This document shows, piece after piece, positions 51,774 through 60,844 of a stretch of DNA of 64,000 nt; position 1 is the first letter of the stretch, and the number at the start of each line of letters is the position of its first letter. The stretch is from an uncultured Bacteriovoracaceae bacterium (GTDB lineage: Bacteria; Bdellovibrionota; UBA2394): contig CAZRLF010000001.1 in the NCBI GenBank assembly GCA_964601045.1, forward strand, positions 134,402 to 198,401. The letters run 5' to 3'. The notes beneath the pieces are model-generated. The model made no database searches. It saw only the letters and a list, made by a program, of their open reading frames with translations, and was not told where the DNA came from. Both the position numbers and the translations under genes were made by a program.

Positions 51774-53216
51774 ATGGGACGCCTAGCACAACTCAGAGAG
51801 TCGTTTCGCACACGTAAAATTGGCTACAAAGAATATTACGAAAAACAATTGCCGCTTATTCGTGAGCGAAACAAAAAAACAAATTCACTTCTCGAAATTT
51901 TTGAAGACGATATTACGGCCCAAGCCAAACTTTGGGACGATAAAAAATCTGATCTTCCCTTAGCCGGTCTTTCGATTGCGATTAAAGATATGATCTCAAT
52001 CAAAGGCAAACTTGTCACGGCGGGTAGCAAAATGCTTGCTGGCTATCGAGCTCAACGATCCGCAACCGTTATTGAAAAACTTGAAAAAGCAGGTGCACTT
52101 TTTATTGGCCGAGCAGGTTGCGATGAATTCGCAATGGGAAGTAGTAACGAAAATACTTCTTTTGGTGTCGTGCGAAACCCTATCAATCTCACTCGAACAG
52201 CGGGTGGAAGCTCCGGAGGTTCAGCTGCTGTGGTCGCCTCAGAAATGGCTGTCGGCTCACTCGGCACCGATACTGGAGGAAGCATTCGCCTTCCAGCTGC
52301 GTTCTGCGGAATTACCGGAATCAAACCAACGTACGGACGAGTTTCACGTTCGGGAGTAATTGCCTTTGCAAGCTCTCTCGATCAAGTGGGACCTTTCGGT
52401 GACGATGCTCTCGATTGCGCCGAAATTTTGCAAGTGATCGCAGGTCGAGACGAACGCGATGCGACGAGTATGCCGGTTGCTGTTGATTTATATTCTGATT
52501 CTGTCAAAAAAGGTTCACTCAAAGGACTTAAAATTGGTTTACCTAAAGAATATTTTTCGATGGGTGGAATTGAACCTGATATTCAAAAGGCCAATGAGCA
52601 AGCTCTCGAAATTTTTAAACGAGAGGGAGCAATTCTTAAAGAAGTTTCTCTTCCCCATACCGAATATGGAATTGCCGTCTATTATTTAGTCGCGACCGCA
52701 GAGGCAGCCAGCAACCTCGCTCGGTATGATGGAATTAGGTACGGACATCGCGCTTCGTCTTACTCATCACTTAAAGATCTCATTATAAAATCACGCTCCG
52801 AAGGATTTGGAGATGAAGTAAAGAGAAGAATAATGCTTGGAACGTTCGCTCTGAGCTCCGGCTATTACGATGCTTTTTATTCGAAAGCTCAATTTGTTCG
52901 CTCTATTCTGCAAAAAGAATTTTTATCAGCGCTTTCAGAAGTTGATGTGATTTTTGCGCCGGTTTCTCCCTGCACTGCTTTTGAACTCGGCTCTAAAGTT
53001 AGCGATCCACTGCAAATGTACCTTCTCGATATTTTTACGGTCTCGTGTAATTTAGCTGGTAACCCCGCCATTGCCTTCCCTATCGGAAATGACTCAAAAA
53101 ATTTACCGATTGGCGCTCAATTTATTGGCGGGCCCTATCAAGAAGCAAAATTATTCGCCGCTCTCGGTGCTTACGAAAGAGCCGCTCCTTATAAGAAAGG
53201 GGCTCTGCAATGTTAG
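51774..53216 (+). CDS. gatA: Glutamyl-tRNA(Gln) amidotransferase subunit A
   Basis: The amidase signature is GGSSGGSAAVVASEMAVGSLGTDTGGSIRLPAAFCGITGIKPTYGRVSR. An SD gaggt precedes the ATG. Confidence 0.95.
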   Translation: MGRLAQLRESFRTRKIGYKEYYEKQLPLIRERNKKTNSLLEIFEDDITAQAKLWDDKKSDLPLAGLSIAIKDMISIKGKLVTAGSKMLAGYRAQRSATVIEKLEKAGALFIGRAGCDEFAMGSSNENTSFGVVRNPINLTRTAGGSSGGSAAVVASEMAVGSLGTDTGGSIRLPAAFCGITGIKPTYGRVSRSGVIAFASSLDQVGPFGDDALDCAEILQVIAGRDERDATSMPVAVDLYSDSVKKGSLKGLKIGLPKEYFSMGGIEPDIQKANEQALEIFKREGAILKEVSLPHTEYGIAVYYLVATAEAASNLARYDGIRYGHRASSYSSLKDLIIKSRSEGFGDEVKRRIMLGTFALSSGYYDAFYSKAQFVRSILQKEFLSALSEVDVIFAPVSPCTAFELGSKVSDPLQMYLLDIFTVSCNLAGNPAIAFPIGNDSKNLPIGAQFIGGPYQEAKLFAALGAYERAAPYKKGALQC

Positions 53217-54661
53217 AAAAAGTTCTCGAAAAATACGAAATGGTGGTGGGGCTTGAAGTTCACGCTCAACTTACAACCAAAACAAAACTTATGGCCCCTT
53301 CGGCGAATGCTTATGGTGAAGCTCCAAACACCGCAGTTTCAACTGTTTGCACAGGAATGCCGGGGGCGCTTCCGGTCATTAATAAAGCGGCTATTGCAAT
53401 TGCGATCAAGACAGGACTCGCTCTTAATTGCTCGATTCAACCTTTGAGTGTTTTTTCACGCAAACATTATTTTTACCCCGATCTGCCGAAGGGCTATCAA
53501 ATTTCTCAGTACGATCGTCCCTATGCTCTAAAGGGCTGTGTTTCGTTTTATTTAGGCGGGCAAAAGAAAACAATTAATCTCACCCGTATTCATCTTGAAG
53601 AAGACGCAGGCAAGAATCTTCATTTTGATGATCGAGGAATTTCTCTTGTCGATCTCAATCGATCGAGTGTTCCGCTAATCGAAATTGTTTCTGAGCCAGA
53701 AATTCGTTCAGCCGAAGAAGCCGTAGCGTACTTAAAGGCATTGCATTTGGTGCTTCGCTATCTCGATGCCTGCGATGGAAATCTCGAAGAAGGAAACTTC
53801 CGATGCGACGCAAATGTGAGCATTCGCTTGCGCGGCGAAACTAAATTCGGGACGCGCGTTGAACTCAAAAATATCAATAGCTTTCGCCACCTCGAAAAAG
53901 CTTTAATTTACGAACTTATTCGCCAATACGAAACTCTTGAAGAAGGAGGTAAAATAAAACAGGAGACTCGTCTCTGGGATGCCGATCAAAACAAATCCGT
54001 CTCCATGCGATCAAAAGAAGAAGCTGCCGACTATCGCTATATGCCTGAGCCTGATTTACTTCCACTTAGTATTTCAAAAACAGAATTAGATGCAGCCAAA
54101 CAATCTCTGCCTGAACTGCCAATTGAACGGATGGAGAGATTTATTAAAGATTATCATCGCTCGATTTATGATGCCGAAGTTCTGACGGCATCGATGGCAC
54201 TTGCGGACTATTTCGAAACCGTTGCCAAGAAAACAGGGGACGATCAACTAGCTTCAAATTTTATTCAAACCAATGTCTTAGCTCAAATCAGCAATATTGA
54301 AACTGATTGGGCTCATTTTTATCCAGATGCTGATGCTCTGGCTGATCTTCTGCTCAAAGTTAAAGACGGAACGCTCTCGCTCAATCTTGCCAAAGAAGTT
54401 TTTGAAATTATGAGAGCTGAAAAGCAGCCCGCTAGTAAAATCATTCAAGAGCGTGGCCTATCTCAAGTAAGTGATGAATCTGCGTTAGCCGTAGTAGTTG
54501 ATAAGATCATTGCCGATCACCCAGGACAATTGGCGGAATTCAGATCTGGCAAAGAGAAACTTTTTGGATTTTTTATGGGTCAATGTCAAAAAGCTCTTCA
54601 AGGTAAAGGTAGTCCGGTAACCTTAAAGAAGCTGCTTGAAGCAAAACTCAAGAGCTCGTAA
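53210..54661 (+). CDS. gatB: Asp/Glu-tRNA amidotransferase subunit B
   Basis: MLEKVLEKYEMVVGLEVHAQLTTKTKLM...HLEEDAGKNLH is the GatB N-terminal signature, followed by a C-terminal YqeY-like domain. Confidence 0.95.
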   Translation: MLEKVLEKYEMVVGLEVHAQLTTKTKLMAPSANAYGEAPNTAVSTVCTGMPGALPVINKAAIAIAIKTGLALNCSIQPLSVFSRKHYFYPDLPKGYQISQYDRPYALKGCVSFYLGGQKKTINLTRIHLEEDAGKNLHFDDRGISLVDLNRSSVPLIEIVSEPEIRSAEEAVAYLKALHLVLRYLDACDGNLEEGNFRCDANVSIRLRGETKFGTRVELKNINSFRHLEKALIYELIRQYETLEEGGKIKQETRLWDADQNKSVSMRSKEEAADYRYMPEPDLLPLSISKTELDAAKQSLPELPIERMERFIKDYHRSIYDAEVLTASMALADYFETVAKKTGDDQLASNFIQTNVLAQISNIETDWAHFYPDADALADLLLKVKDGTLSLNLAKEVFEIMRAEKQPASKIIQERGLSQVSDESALAVVVDKIIADHPGQLAEFRSGKEKLFGFFMGQCQKALQGKGSPVTLKKLLEAKLKSS

Positions 54662-54686
54662 ATTATAACCTCAAAGGGAGGCGCGG

Positions 54687-55652
54687 ATGGCAAATGTGGC
54701 ACAAGTTATGACCGATAGAAAACCTTACGGAAACAAACTAGGAAAAAAAGCCTGGTTTAACGGAACTCTTGTCAATGCAGCGGATATTAAAATCCACATA
54801 ACGGCTCACTCACTTCATTACGGCCTTGCCGCCTTTGAAGGCATTCGAGCTTACGAACTTCAGAATAAAAAATTAGGAATCTTTCGGTGTGACGACCATA
54901 TGCAAAGATTCATTGATTCTTGTCATACAGGAATGCTCCCACTTCAATATAACCTTAAAGAATTAGTAGATGCGTGCAAACAGACGGTTAAAAATGCCGA
55001 GCTTGGGCCGTGTTATTTACGGCCTATTGGGTTTTTAGATGCTGGGCCTCTCGGAGTTTATTATGATACCGAAAAACACCCCTTCTCCGTCGCCGTCTTA
55101 GCGATGGACTGGGGAAAATACCTCGGCGCGGATGCCATGAAAAAAGGATCTCGCCTTAAAATCTCTTCATTTACTCGTCATCATCCCAATATTGCGATGA
55201 CGAAGGCTAAATTTACCGGAAACTATATCAACAGTGTTATGGCTAAAGTTGAAGCCCGAAAAATGGGTTTCGATGAGGCTCTGATGCTTGATCCTGAAGG
55301 TTTTTTAGCTGAAGGTACGGGCGAAAATATTTTCGTCGTTAAAAAAGGAAAGATCTTCACTCCTTCTGTTGAAACCGTTTTATCAGGTATTACCCGTGAT
55401 ACCGTGGTTCAACTCGCCCAAGACTTAAAACTGACTGTGCTTGAACGCAGAATTACTCGCGACGAACTTTATAATGCTGATGAAGTTTTTCTCACTGGTA
55501 CTGCCGCCGAAATCACTCCGGTCGCCGAGATCGATATGAGAAAAATCGGATCCGGAAAGCCAGGAGAGCTTACTCTCGAAATTCAAAAGAACTTCTTTGC
55601 AGTAGTTACTGGCCAAAATAAAAAATATTCGCATTGGATCACCCCGGTTTAG
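54687..55652 (+). CDS. ilvE: Branched-chain amino acid aminotransferase (fold-type IV PLP enzyme)
   Basis: ...KAWFNGTLVNAADIKIHITAHSLHYGLAAFEGIRAY...EVFLTGTAAEITPV... A strong SD agggagg precedes the start. Confidence 0.85.
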   Translation: MANVAQVMTDRKPYGNKLGKKAWFNGTLVNAADIKIHITAHSLHYGLAAFEGIRAYELQNKKLGIFRCDDHMQRFIDSCHTGMLPLQYNLKELVDACKQTVKNAELGPCYLRPIGFLDAGPLGVYYDTEKHPFSVAVLAMDWGKYLGADAMKKGSRLKISSFTRHHPNIAMTKAKFTGNYINSVMAKVEARKMGFDEALMLDPEGFLAEGTGENIFVVKKGKIFTPSVETVLSGITRDTVVQLAQDLKLTVLERRITRDELYNADEVFLTGTAAEITPVAEIDMRKIGSGKPGELTLEIQKNFFAVVTGQNKKYSHWITPV

Positions 55653-55656
55653 ATTT

Positions 55657-56097
55657 ATGACTAAGGTGAGGGGAATTATTTTGGGGGGAATTTTAGGAGT
55701 AAATGTTTTCGCAGGCTGTGTAACGCACCAAGAGATTGCAAAATCTCAAAAGCCAAAGACGGTTCTCAATGCAAAGGTTAGTTCAGAAAGAGCTCTTGTT
55801 TTGTCGGAGCATTTTTTAGAATGGCAAAAAGGCTATAACGTAACAGTGCGCGATCATGCGCGAGGACTGGCTGTCACCGATTGGGCCAACGACGGTCCGC
55901 GCGATCGGCATCGCGTCACTTTACGTACTACTGACGATATCTCTGGATCTTTGGTTTCAACCCATATTGAAGCTCAGACTTTAGATAATTATGATTGGAT
56001 TGATATTCCGAGTGATGGGGGTCTTGAAGCTGAACTTTTGAATGAGCTTGAATCCTATCTTAATAAGAGCTCAACTGCCCAAACTCGAGTAAAGTAA
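55657..56097 (+). CDS. Putative lipoprotein (lipobox VFAGC), unknown function
   Basis: MTKVRGIILGGILGVNVFAGCVT is a signal-peptidase-II type leader. Confidence 0.5.
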   Translation: MTKVRGIILGGILGVNVFAGCVTHQEIAKSQKPKTVLNAKVSSERALVLSEHFLEWQKGYNVTVRDHARGLAVTDWANDGPRDRHRVTLRTTDDISGSLVSTHIEAQTLDNYDWIDIPSDGGLEAELLNELESYLNKSSTAQTRVK

Positions 56098-56104
56098 AGG
56101 CTGG

Positions 56105-57772
56105 ATGTCCACTCCCAACCCCACCGAAGAAAATAAGTTTGGCCGATATTCGGTCGTTGAACCCCTCGCAAAAGGGGGAATGGCTCAGATTTTTAAGGCC
56201 CGAACGACTCAGGGCAAAACTTTTACTCTTAAAAAAATTCTTAAAGATTATTCTGACAATACCGATTTTATTCAGATGTTTTTGCAGGAAGCAAAAATTT
56301 CTCTGCAGCTTAAACATCCGAACTGCGTACGAGTCCTCGATTTTGGTCAAATTGATGGCACTTATTTTCTGGCGATGGAATATGTTTTTGGTCGAGACGT
56401 GAGCGCTCTTCTTAAAAAATGTGCCGAAAATCGAATGTATATTCCGATGGACGTCGTCTGCCACATCATTCATCAATGCGCGCTCGGACTTGATTACGCC
56501 CATAATTTAAAAGATTCTTTTGGCAATGCCCTCTCGATTGTTCATCGCGACATCTCCCCGCCTAATATTTTGATTAGTTACAACGGTGAAGTAAAAGTTT
56601 TAGATTTCGGAATCGCCAAAGCTGTCAGTAGTGCGGGTCGAGAAGCGACGCGCTCCGGGGTACTGAAAGGAAAATTCTCTTATATGTCCCCCGAACAAGC
56701 TTCGGGAAAGCCTCTTGATCAGCAAAGCGATGTTTTTAGTTTAGGCACCGTCTTTTATGAGCTTCTTACCACTCGAAATCTTTTTTATATGCCTGATGAA
56801 ATCGAAACTCTAGAAAGAGTGAGAAAAGCCGATGTAAACAATCCTGCAAAAGTTCGAAAAGATATTCCTGCTGATCTCGACAAAATCGTAATGAAGTCAC
56901 TGGCGCTTAAAACGAAGAATAGATTTCAGAACTGCGGCGAAATGGCTGATGCAATTCAGGGATTTTTACAAAAATACTACCCCCGCAGTGATCTTCGTTC
57001 GGTCGCCAAATTTCTGCGCGGTGTCTTTTCACAGGATTTTCAGAATCGATATAAAGTTTCAATTCGCGAAGGATGGCGAGATATTCTTGAAGTTGGCGGA
57101 GCTGACGACGAACTCCTGCTCGATCAAAGTGATTCGCGGCCTATTTATAGAACGGGAAACTCTCAAAGAACCGGTGGGGAACTTAAATGGACTGACCGCA
57201 TTTTGTATGATCCCAAGACCAAACTTGAAATTAAGCGAATGACTGTGAAGGCTTTGATTTTAATCGCCACAATCTCTGGAAGTATTTTTCTATATCTTAC
57301 GTACAAGGCCGACGGGTTTAAATCGTGGTTTCAGAGCAAGACCTTTACGGAAACGACTGCACCTCAAGCTACAGCTCTTCCTCTACAGAATCAAGAATTC
57401 GCGGTTGGCACTTACGCTTACTGGATGGATAAAGGCCAAAAATCATTAAACGAACGTTCATATGAAACCGCACTTAGGTCTTATGAGCGTGCGATCGAAA
57501 TTAATCCATATGATATCAATGCACAGATTCAAAAGAATTTTAGCCTTTTGGGGTTAGGACGCTTTGATGAAGCTTGTCCTTGGCTGCTCTCTCAGAAAGA
57601 AATTCCTGGCAACGATAAAATGCTTTCAACAGCAGTCTGTGAAGAAGCTCAAGGAGAAAATCAAAAAGCACTCCTTAGTTATACAGAATTTTTGAACCAC
57701 TACGGCGAAGATAAAAGAGTTGATCAAATACGTGCTGTCATTACAAGCTTAAGGCGTAAGCTTAGTCGTTAA
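56105..57772 (+). CDS. Ser/Thr protein kinase with one TM segment and C-terminal TPR-like extracytoplasmic domain
   Basis: The kinase shows GGMAQIFKAR (Gly loop), VHRDISPPNILI, KVLDFGIAK and YMSPEQ. The TM segment is LILIATISGSIFLYL, followed by TPR-like repeats (ALRSYERAIEINPYD...). Confidence 0.9.
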   Translation: MSTPNPTEENKFGRYSVVEPLAKGGMAQIFKARTTQGKTFTLKKILKDYSDNTDFIQMFLQEAKISLQLKHPNCVRVLDFGQIDGTYFLAMEYVFGRDVSALLKKCAENRMYIPMDVVCHIIHQCALGLDYAHNLKDSFGNALSIVHRDISPPNILISYNGEVKVLDFGIAKAVSSAGREATRSGVLKGKFSYMSPEQASGKPLDQQSDVFSLGTVFYELLTTRNLFYMPDEIETLERVRKADVNNPAKVRKDIPADLDKIVMKSLALKTKNRFQNCGEMADAIQGFLQKYYPRSDLRSVAKFLRGVFSQDFQNRYKVSIREGWRDILEVGGADDELLLDQSDSRPIYRTGNSQRTGGELKWTDRILYDPKTKLEIKRMTVKALILIATISGSIFLYLTYKADGFKSWFQSKTFTETTAPQATALPLQNQEFAVGTYAYWMDKGQKSLNERSYETALRSYERAIEINPYDINAQIQKNFSLLGLGRFDEACPWLLSQKEIPGNDKMLSTAVCEEAQGENQKALLSYTEFLNHYGEDKRVDQIRAVITSLRRKLSR

Positions 57773-57775
57773 GAC

Positions 57776-58291
57776 TTGAATAAAAGGAATTTCTGTATGC
57801 ATCAGTCAGATATCTCTCTAAAAAGTATAAAAATTCAAGTCTTAAGCTTTTTGTTTACTCTGAGTTTTATGAGTTTGGGCTGCGGTAGCGGCAATATTGA
57901 AATTGATCGAGAAGGCGCCGAAGAGAGCGTCGTCAGTGGACCTGAAGCAAGCGGGCTTTCGGCTGAGGCCTATTTTACTTCTCAGCTCTTCTCGACACTT
58001 ACGAAAGCACGAACGTCGGCCGCCGATGGATGCGCAACATCAGGGTGTCATTTAAAGGGAGCGGCATCAAGCTCCGCTGAGACTTTTTATCAAATCGATA
58101 AAGCCAGCGCTTCAGAAAGCTGGAACTGGGCTCAAGTCAGACGCAATCGAGTAATTGTTAAAAATACTACTTTTGCAGCAAGTGGATCTCAAACTCTGAG
58201 TGTAAAAAAGAACGAAAATCATCAGTCTTTCAAGGACTGGACGGCTGAAGAAAAAGCTTTGATTGATACCTGGACTGGTCTAGCCAAATAA
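57776..58291 (+). CDS. Putative lipoprotein (lipobox LGCGSG), unknown function
   Basis: The leader is ...IQVLSFLFTLSFMSLGCGSG. The sequence contains CATSGCH (CxxxxCH), which is not a canonical CxxCH haem motif. Confidence 0.45.
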   Translation: MNKRNFCMHQSDISLKSIKIQVLSFLFTLSFMSLGCGSGNIEIDREGAEESVVSGPEASGLSAEAYFTSQLFSTLTKARTSAADGCATSGCHLKGAASSSAETFYQIDKASASESWNWAQVRRNRVIVKNTTFAASGSQTLSVKKNENHQSFKDWTAEEKALIDTWTGLAK

Positions 58292-58294
58292 TTT

Positions 58295-60364
58295 TTACGG
58301 TGTAGCTTTAGAAATTCTAAATGTTTTGTAAGGACGAATGACTGCGGTAGCATTCGGTGAATCCGAAATAGGAAACGCGGGGGGCATCAGCTTTTGTCTA
58401 AATCGCGTATCGTAATAAAATCGGCTGGCATATCCTCTCGGTGGTGAGGCCAATACGCCAGTAGTTTGGTCTTTATATTCTGCAAGACTTCCTAAAAATT
58501 TAATCGCACCCATACCTGTTGCTGTTGAATAAGCTTCGTATCCAAATCCGCACCCCTGGGTATTGGCACCTGAACTACCACAACCCAAACCTGTGCTGGA
58601 GTTATACGCTGCCGAATTTCCCGCAAAAATGGCTCCCTGAATATTTATATTAGCTGGAGCACTTGTATGAATCATAACGTTACGACTTACAGAAACGATT
58701 CCAAGAATAGTATGAGAATCAGAACTTATTTTAGGGGCAATATCTTGAGCCGTAGGAGATATTCCAGAGCCTCCAACTGAACCGTAAGCGTCAGCAACAG
58801 TGGTTGACCCCTGAGTTCCATCGGCAGCTTGAGTAACGTAACTTACATCTTCGTATTGAAGATCGTTAATAATGCGCACATCTTTTTGTGCTGAAACAGT
58901 AAAACCAAAATCAGTGGCAATGGCTGGTCGAGTTCGACTCTCACCACCGAGCTCGTCGATTTTTCCGTTCACATGAAGATTTCCGTTAATGCGACCATTC
59001 AAAACGACAGGAGAACTTGCAGGTGTGGTCGCATTATAAACATAGGTTACATCGCAAGGATCATCTGCAATATACACATCTCGCGCAGCAACTCCCGATG
59101 TCATTGAGGTCACCGATATTTTTTGAAACTTACATGACTTATGAGCTGTCTGCATTTGCGACCACTGAGTTGAATTAAAATCAGTCGAACCCTGCACGAC
59201 ATTCATTTTAACTTTTGCATCACCTTCGACGTAAATTCCACCCGTTGGATTTAAGCTCGTACTATTGTCGACAGGAATATAAATTCCACCCGGTAAAGCA
59301 GTTGAACCTGAAGAGACTGTACCTGTGGCGTGAGTAGCCAAAAATCCTCTTAGCTCCGCGTTTGTTACGGTTGTATTATTGGTCGCAGCATTATTGCTCG
59401 TATCTCCGGCAGCTAAGCGCAAGGTATTAAAAATTTGTGTGGGCATTGAGATCGAAGCAACACTACCTTGAGATCCACCTTGAAAGTCGGCGCAACAAGA
59501 ATAGCCCGAAACATTATAGTTCACCCAGCTTGAGGTTGCGGCGGTCGAAGTAAATACATCTGTAAAAACGGGATGACCATAAAAATAAGGCGTTGAGTTG
59601 ACATGCACAGGCCCAGCATAGACTTCTTGAATTTGGGCTGACGTATTACCCCCCGCAAAAACAAGAAGAGATCCGTTTTGATTTCTCATGGAATTCATAA
59701 AAACCGTCCATTGAGAAAACGAAGCTCCAGAAAGTTCAACCGAGATCTCTCCAGCATCATCTGACTCTAACTTTTGAAATGACTCTTGGCCGTAAGCCCG
59801 AGCTTGTATTCGATATTCATAATCGAATCGAAGAAGTGCCGGACTATTCTGGCTGTACATCGAAATCGGCGTAAAAGTGTATTTGACTTCAAAATATTGT
59901 CCGTCATTGGTATCAAGATCTGTCCAAGAAGTGGGAAATGCCGTATCAAAATTAGAGAACTCATGAGCCGAGTTAAGTGTACCGGAACCTGAGTAGGCTT
60001 GTTGTTTAACGAGGCCTTGCAAAAATGAAAGTGAGTTCGAGGCGTATTGATTTGAAATATTATTAAAGGTTTCGTAGGTCGGCCCGTTAACAAAGCGAAG
60101 TTTGCCCGAAAGTATAATTCCATCCACAGCTCTTTTTAGCTTATTTTTGGCTCGAACCTGAGCATCGTTGAGTTGAAGTTCGACACTGATGGCTTCTTTA
60201 TGAAGCTTTCCCATTGAAAGAAAATTAGAACTGCGCTTCAAGAAAGCGAGCGAGGCAACCATAAGTAGCCCAACAATTAAAACCACGGTAACGATCGCTG
60301 AACCACGAGAAGAAGATCTCAGTCGTCCAGGCCCGATAACACTAGATGAATATATAAACGACAT
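58295..60364 (-). CDS. Thr/Ser/Gly/Asn-rich exported protein with a PilX-N-like N-terminal hydrophobic segment (possible type IV pilus-associated minor component or adhesin)
   Basis: The N-terminus ...SRGSAIVTVVLIVGLLMVASLAFLKRSSNF... resembles PilX_N/TadG-like anchors. The rest has low-complexity T/S/G/N beta-rich composition typical of fibre or adhesin domains. Confidence 0.4.
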   Translation of the reverse strand: MSFIYSSSVIGPGRLRSSSRGSAIVTVVLIVGLLMVASLAFLKRSSNFLSMGKLHKEAISVELQLNDAQVRAKNKLKRAVDGIILSGKLRFVNGPTYETFNNISNQYASNSLSFLQGLVKQQAYSGSGTLNSAHEFSNFDTAFPTSWTDLDTNDGQYFEVKYTFTPISMYSQNSPALLRFDYEYRIQARAYGQESFQKLESDDAGEISVELSGASFSQWTVFMNSMRNQNGSLLVFAGGNTSAQIQEVYAGPVHVNSTPYFYGHPVFTDVFTSTAATSSWVNYNVSGYSCCADFQGGSQGSVASISMPTQIFNTLRLAAGDTSNNAATNNTTVTNAELRGFLATHATGTVSSGSTALPGGIYIPVDNSTSLNPTGGIYVEGDAKVKMNVVQGSTDFNSTQWSQMQTAHKSCKFQKISVTSMTSGVAARDVYIADDPCDVTYVYNATTPASSPVVLNGRINGNLHVNGKIDELGGESRTRPAIATDFGFTVSAQKDVRIINDLQYEDVSYVTQAADGTQGSTTVADAYGSVGGSGISPTAQDIAPKISSDSHTILGIVSVSRNVMIHTSAPANINIQGAIFAGNSAAYNSSTGLGCGSSGANTQGCGFGYEAYSTATGMGAIKFLGSLAEYKDQTTGVLASPPRGYASRFYYDTRFRQKLMPPAFPISDSPNATAVIRPYKTFRISKATP

Positions 60365-60438
60365 TGATCTTCCCCTGCTCGTAATTCAGTATTCTTGATT
60401 CGCTAGAAGCTCTCATACGATGAGCCTAAGCTGCTCGA

Positions 60439-60573
60439 TCACTCTTCGTCAGAAGAACTAATAATGCACTCTCCACTAGAATCCTCCTCACAAGGAACAA
60501 TTCTTGATTCAAGAGATAGTGTGGAGAATACCAAAAGTAATCCTGAGATTAATTTGATGGTGGTCAATTTCAT
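60439..60573 (-). CDS. Possible small secreted Cys-containing acidic peptide (44 aa). Uncertain
   Basis: The signal-like MKLTTIKLISGLLLVFSTLSLES is followed by RIVPCEEDSSGECIISSSDEE. The peptide lies between two co-oriented secreted-protein genes. The ORF track's longer form has an implausible N-terminus. Confidence 0.25.
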   Translation of the reverse strand: MKLTTIKLISGLLLVFSTLSLESRIVPCEEDSSGECIISSSDEE

Positions 60574-60844
60574 AAACGCTCCCTTCATAAAGCTTCTAAG
60601 ACAAATCACTTCGTTAACTACAATAAGCCCAAACTCCCCTACTGAGCCTCCCTTTATATAGCCGCCCAGCCGGTTGTTCGAACCTCTGCGGCTATTATGC
60701 AATATTCCTTTTGACGCGGTGCAGCTTGATATAAGCTCATGAAAAGACAAGCTTTTTTCGATTAACTTTTGTTGTCACAGTCTTGCCGTCTTTCGACAAT
60801 TTTTGACCCTGTTCGATAAAACATATTTTAAGCAGGTGCTCGTC

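Noticed and set aside
57776-58291. Calling the lipoprotein a c-type cytochrome
   Set aside because: It has only a CxxxxCH spacing, not the canonical CxxCH. The protein is kept as a hypothetical lipoprotein, with the motif noted as a low-interest finding.
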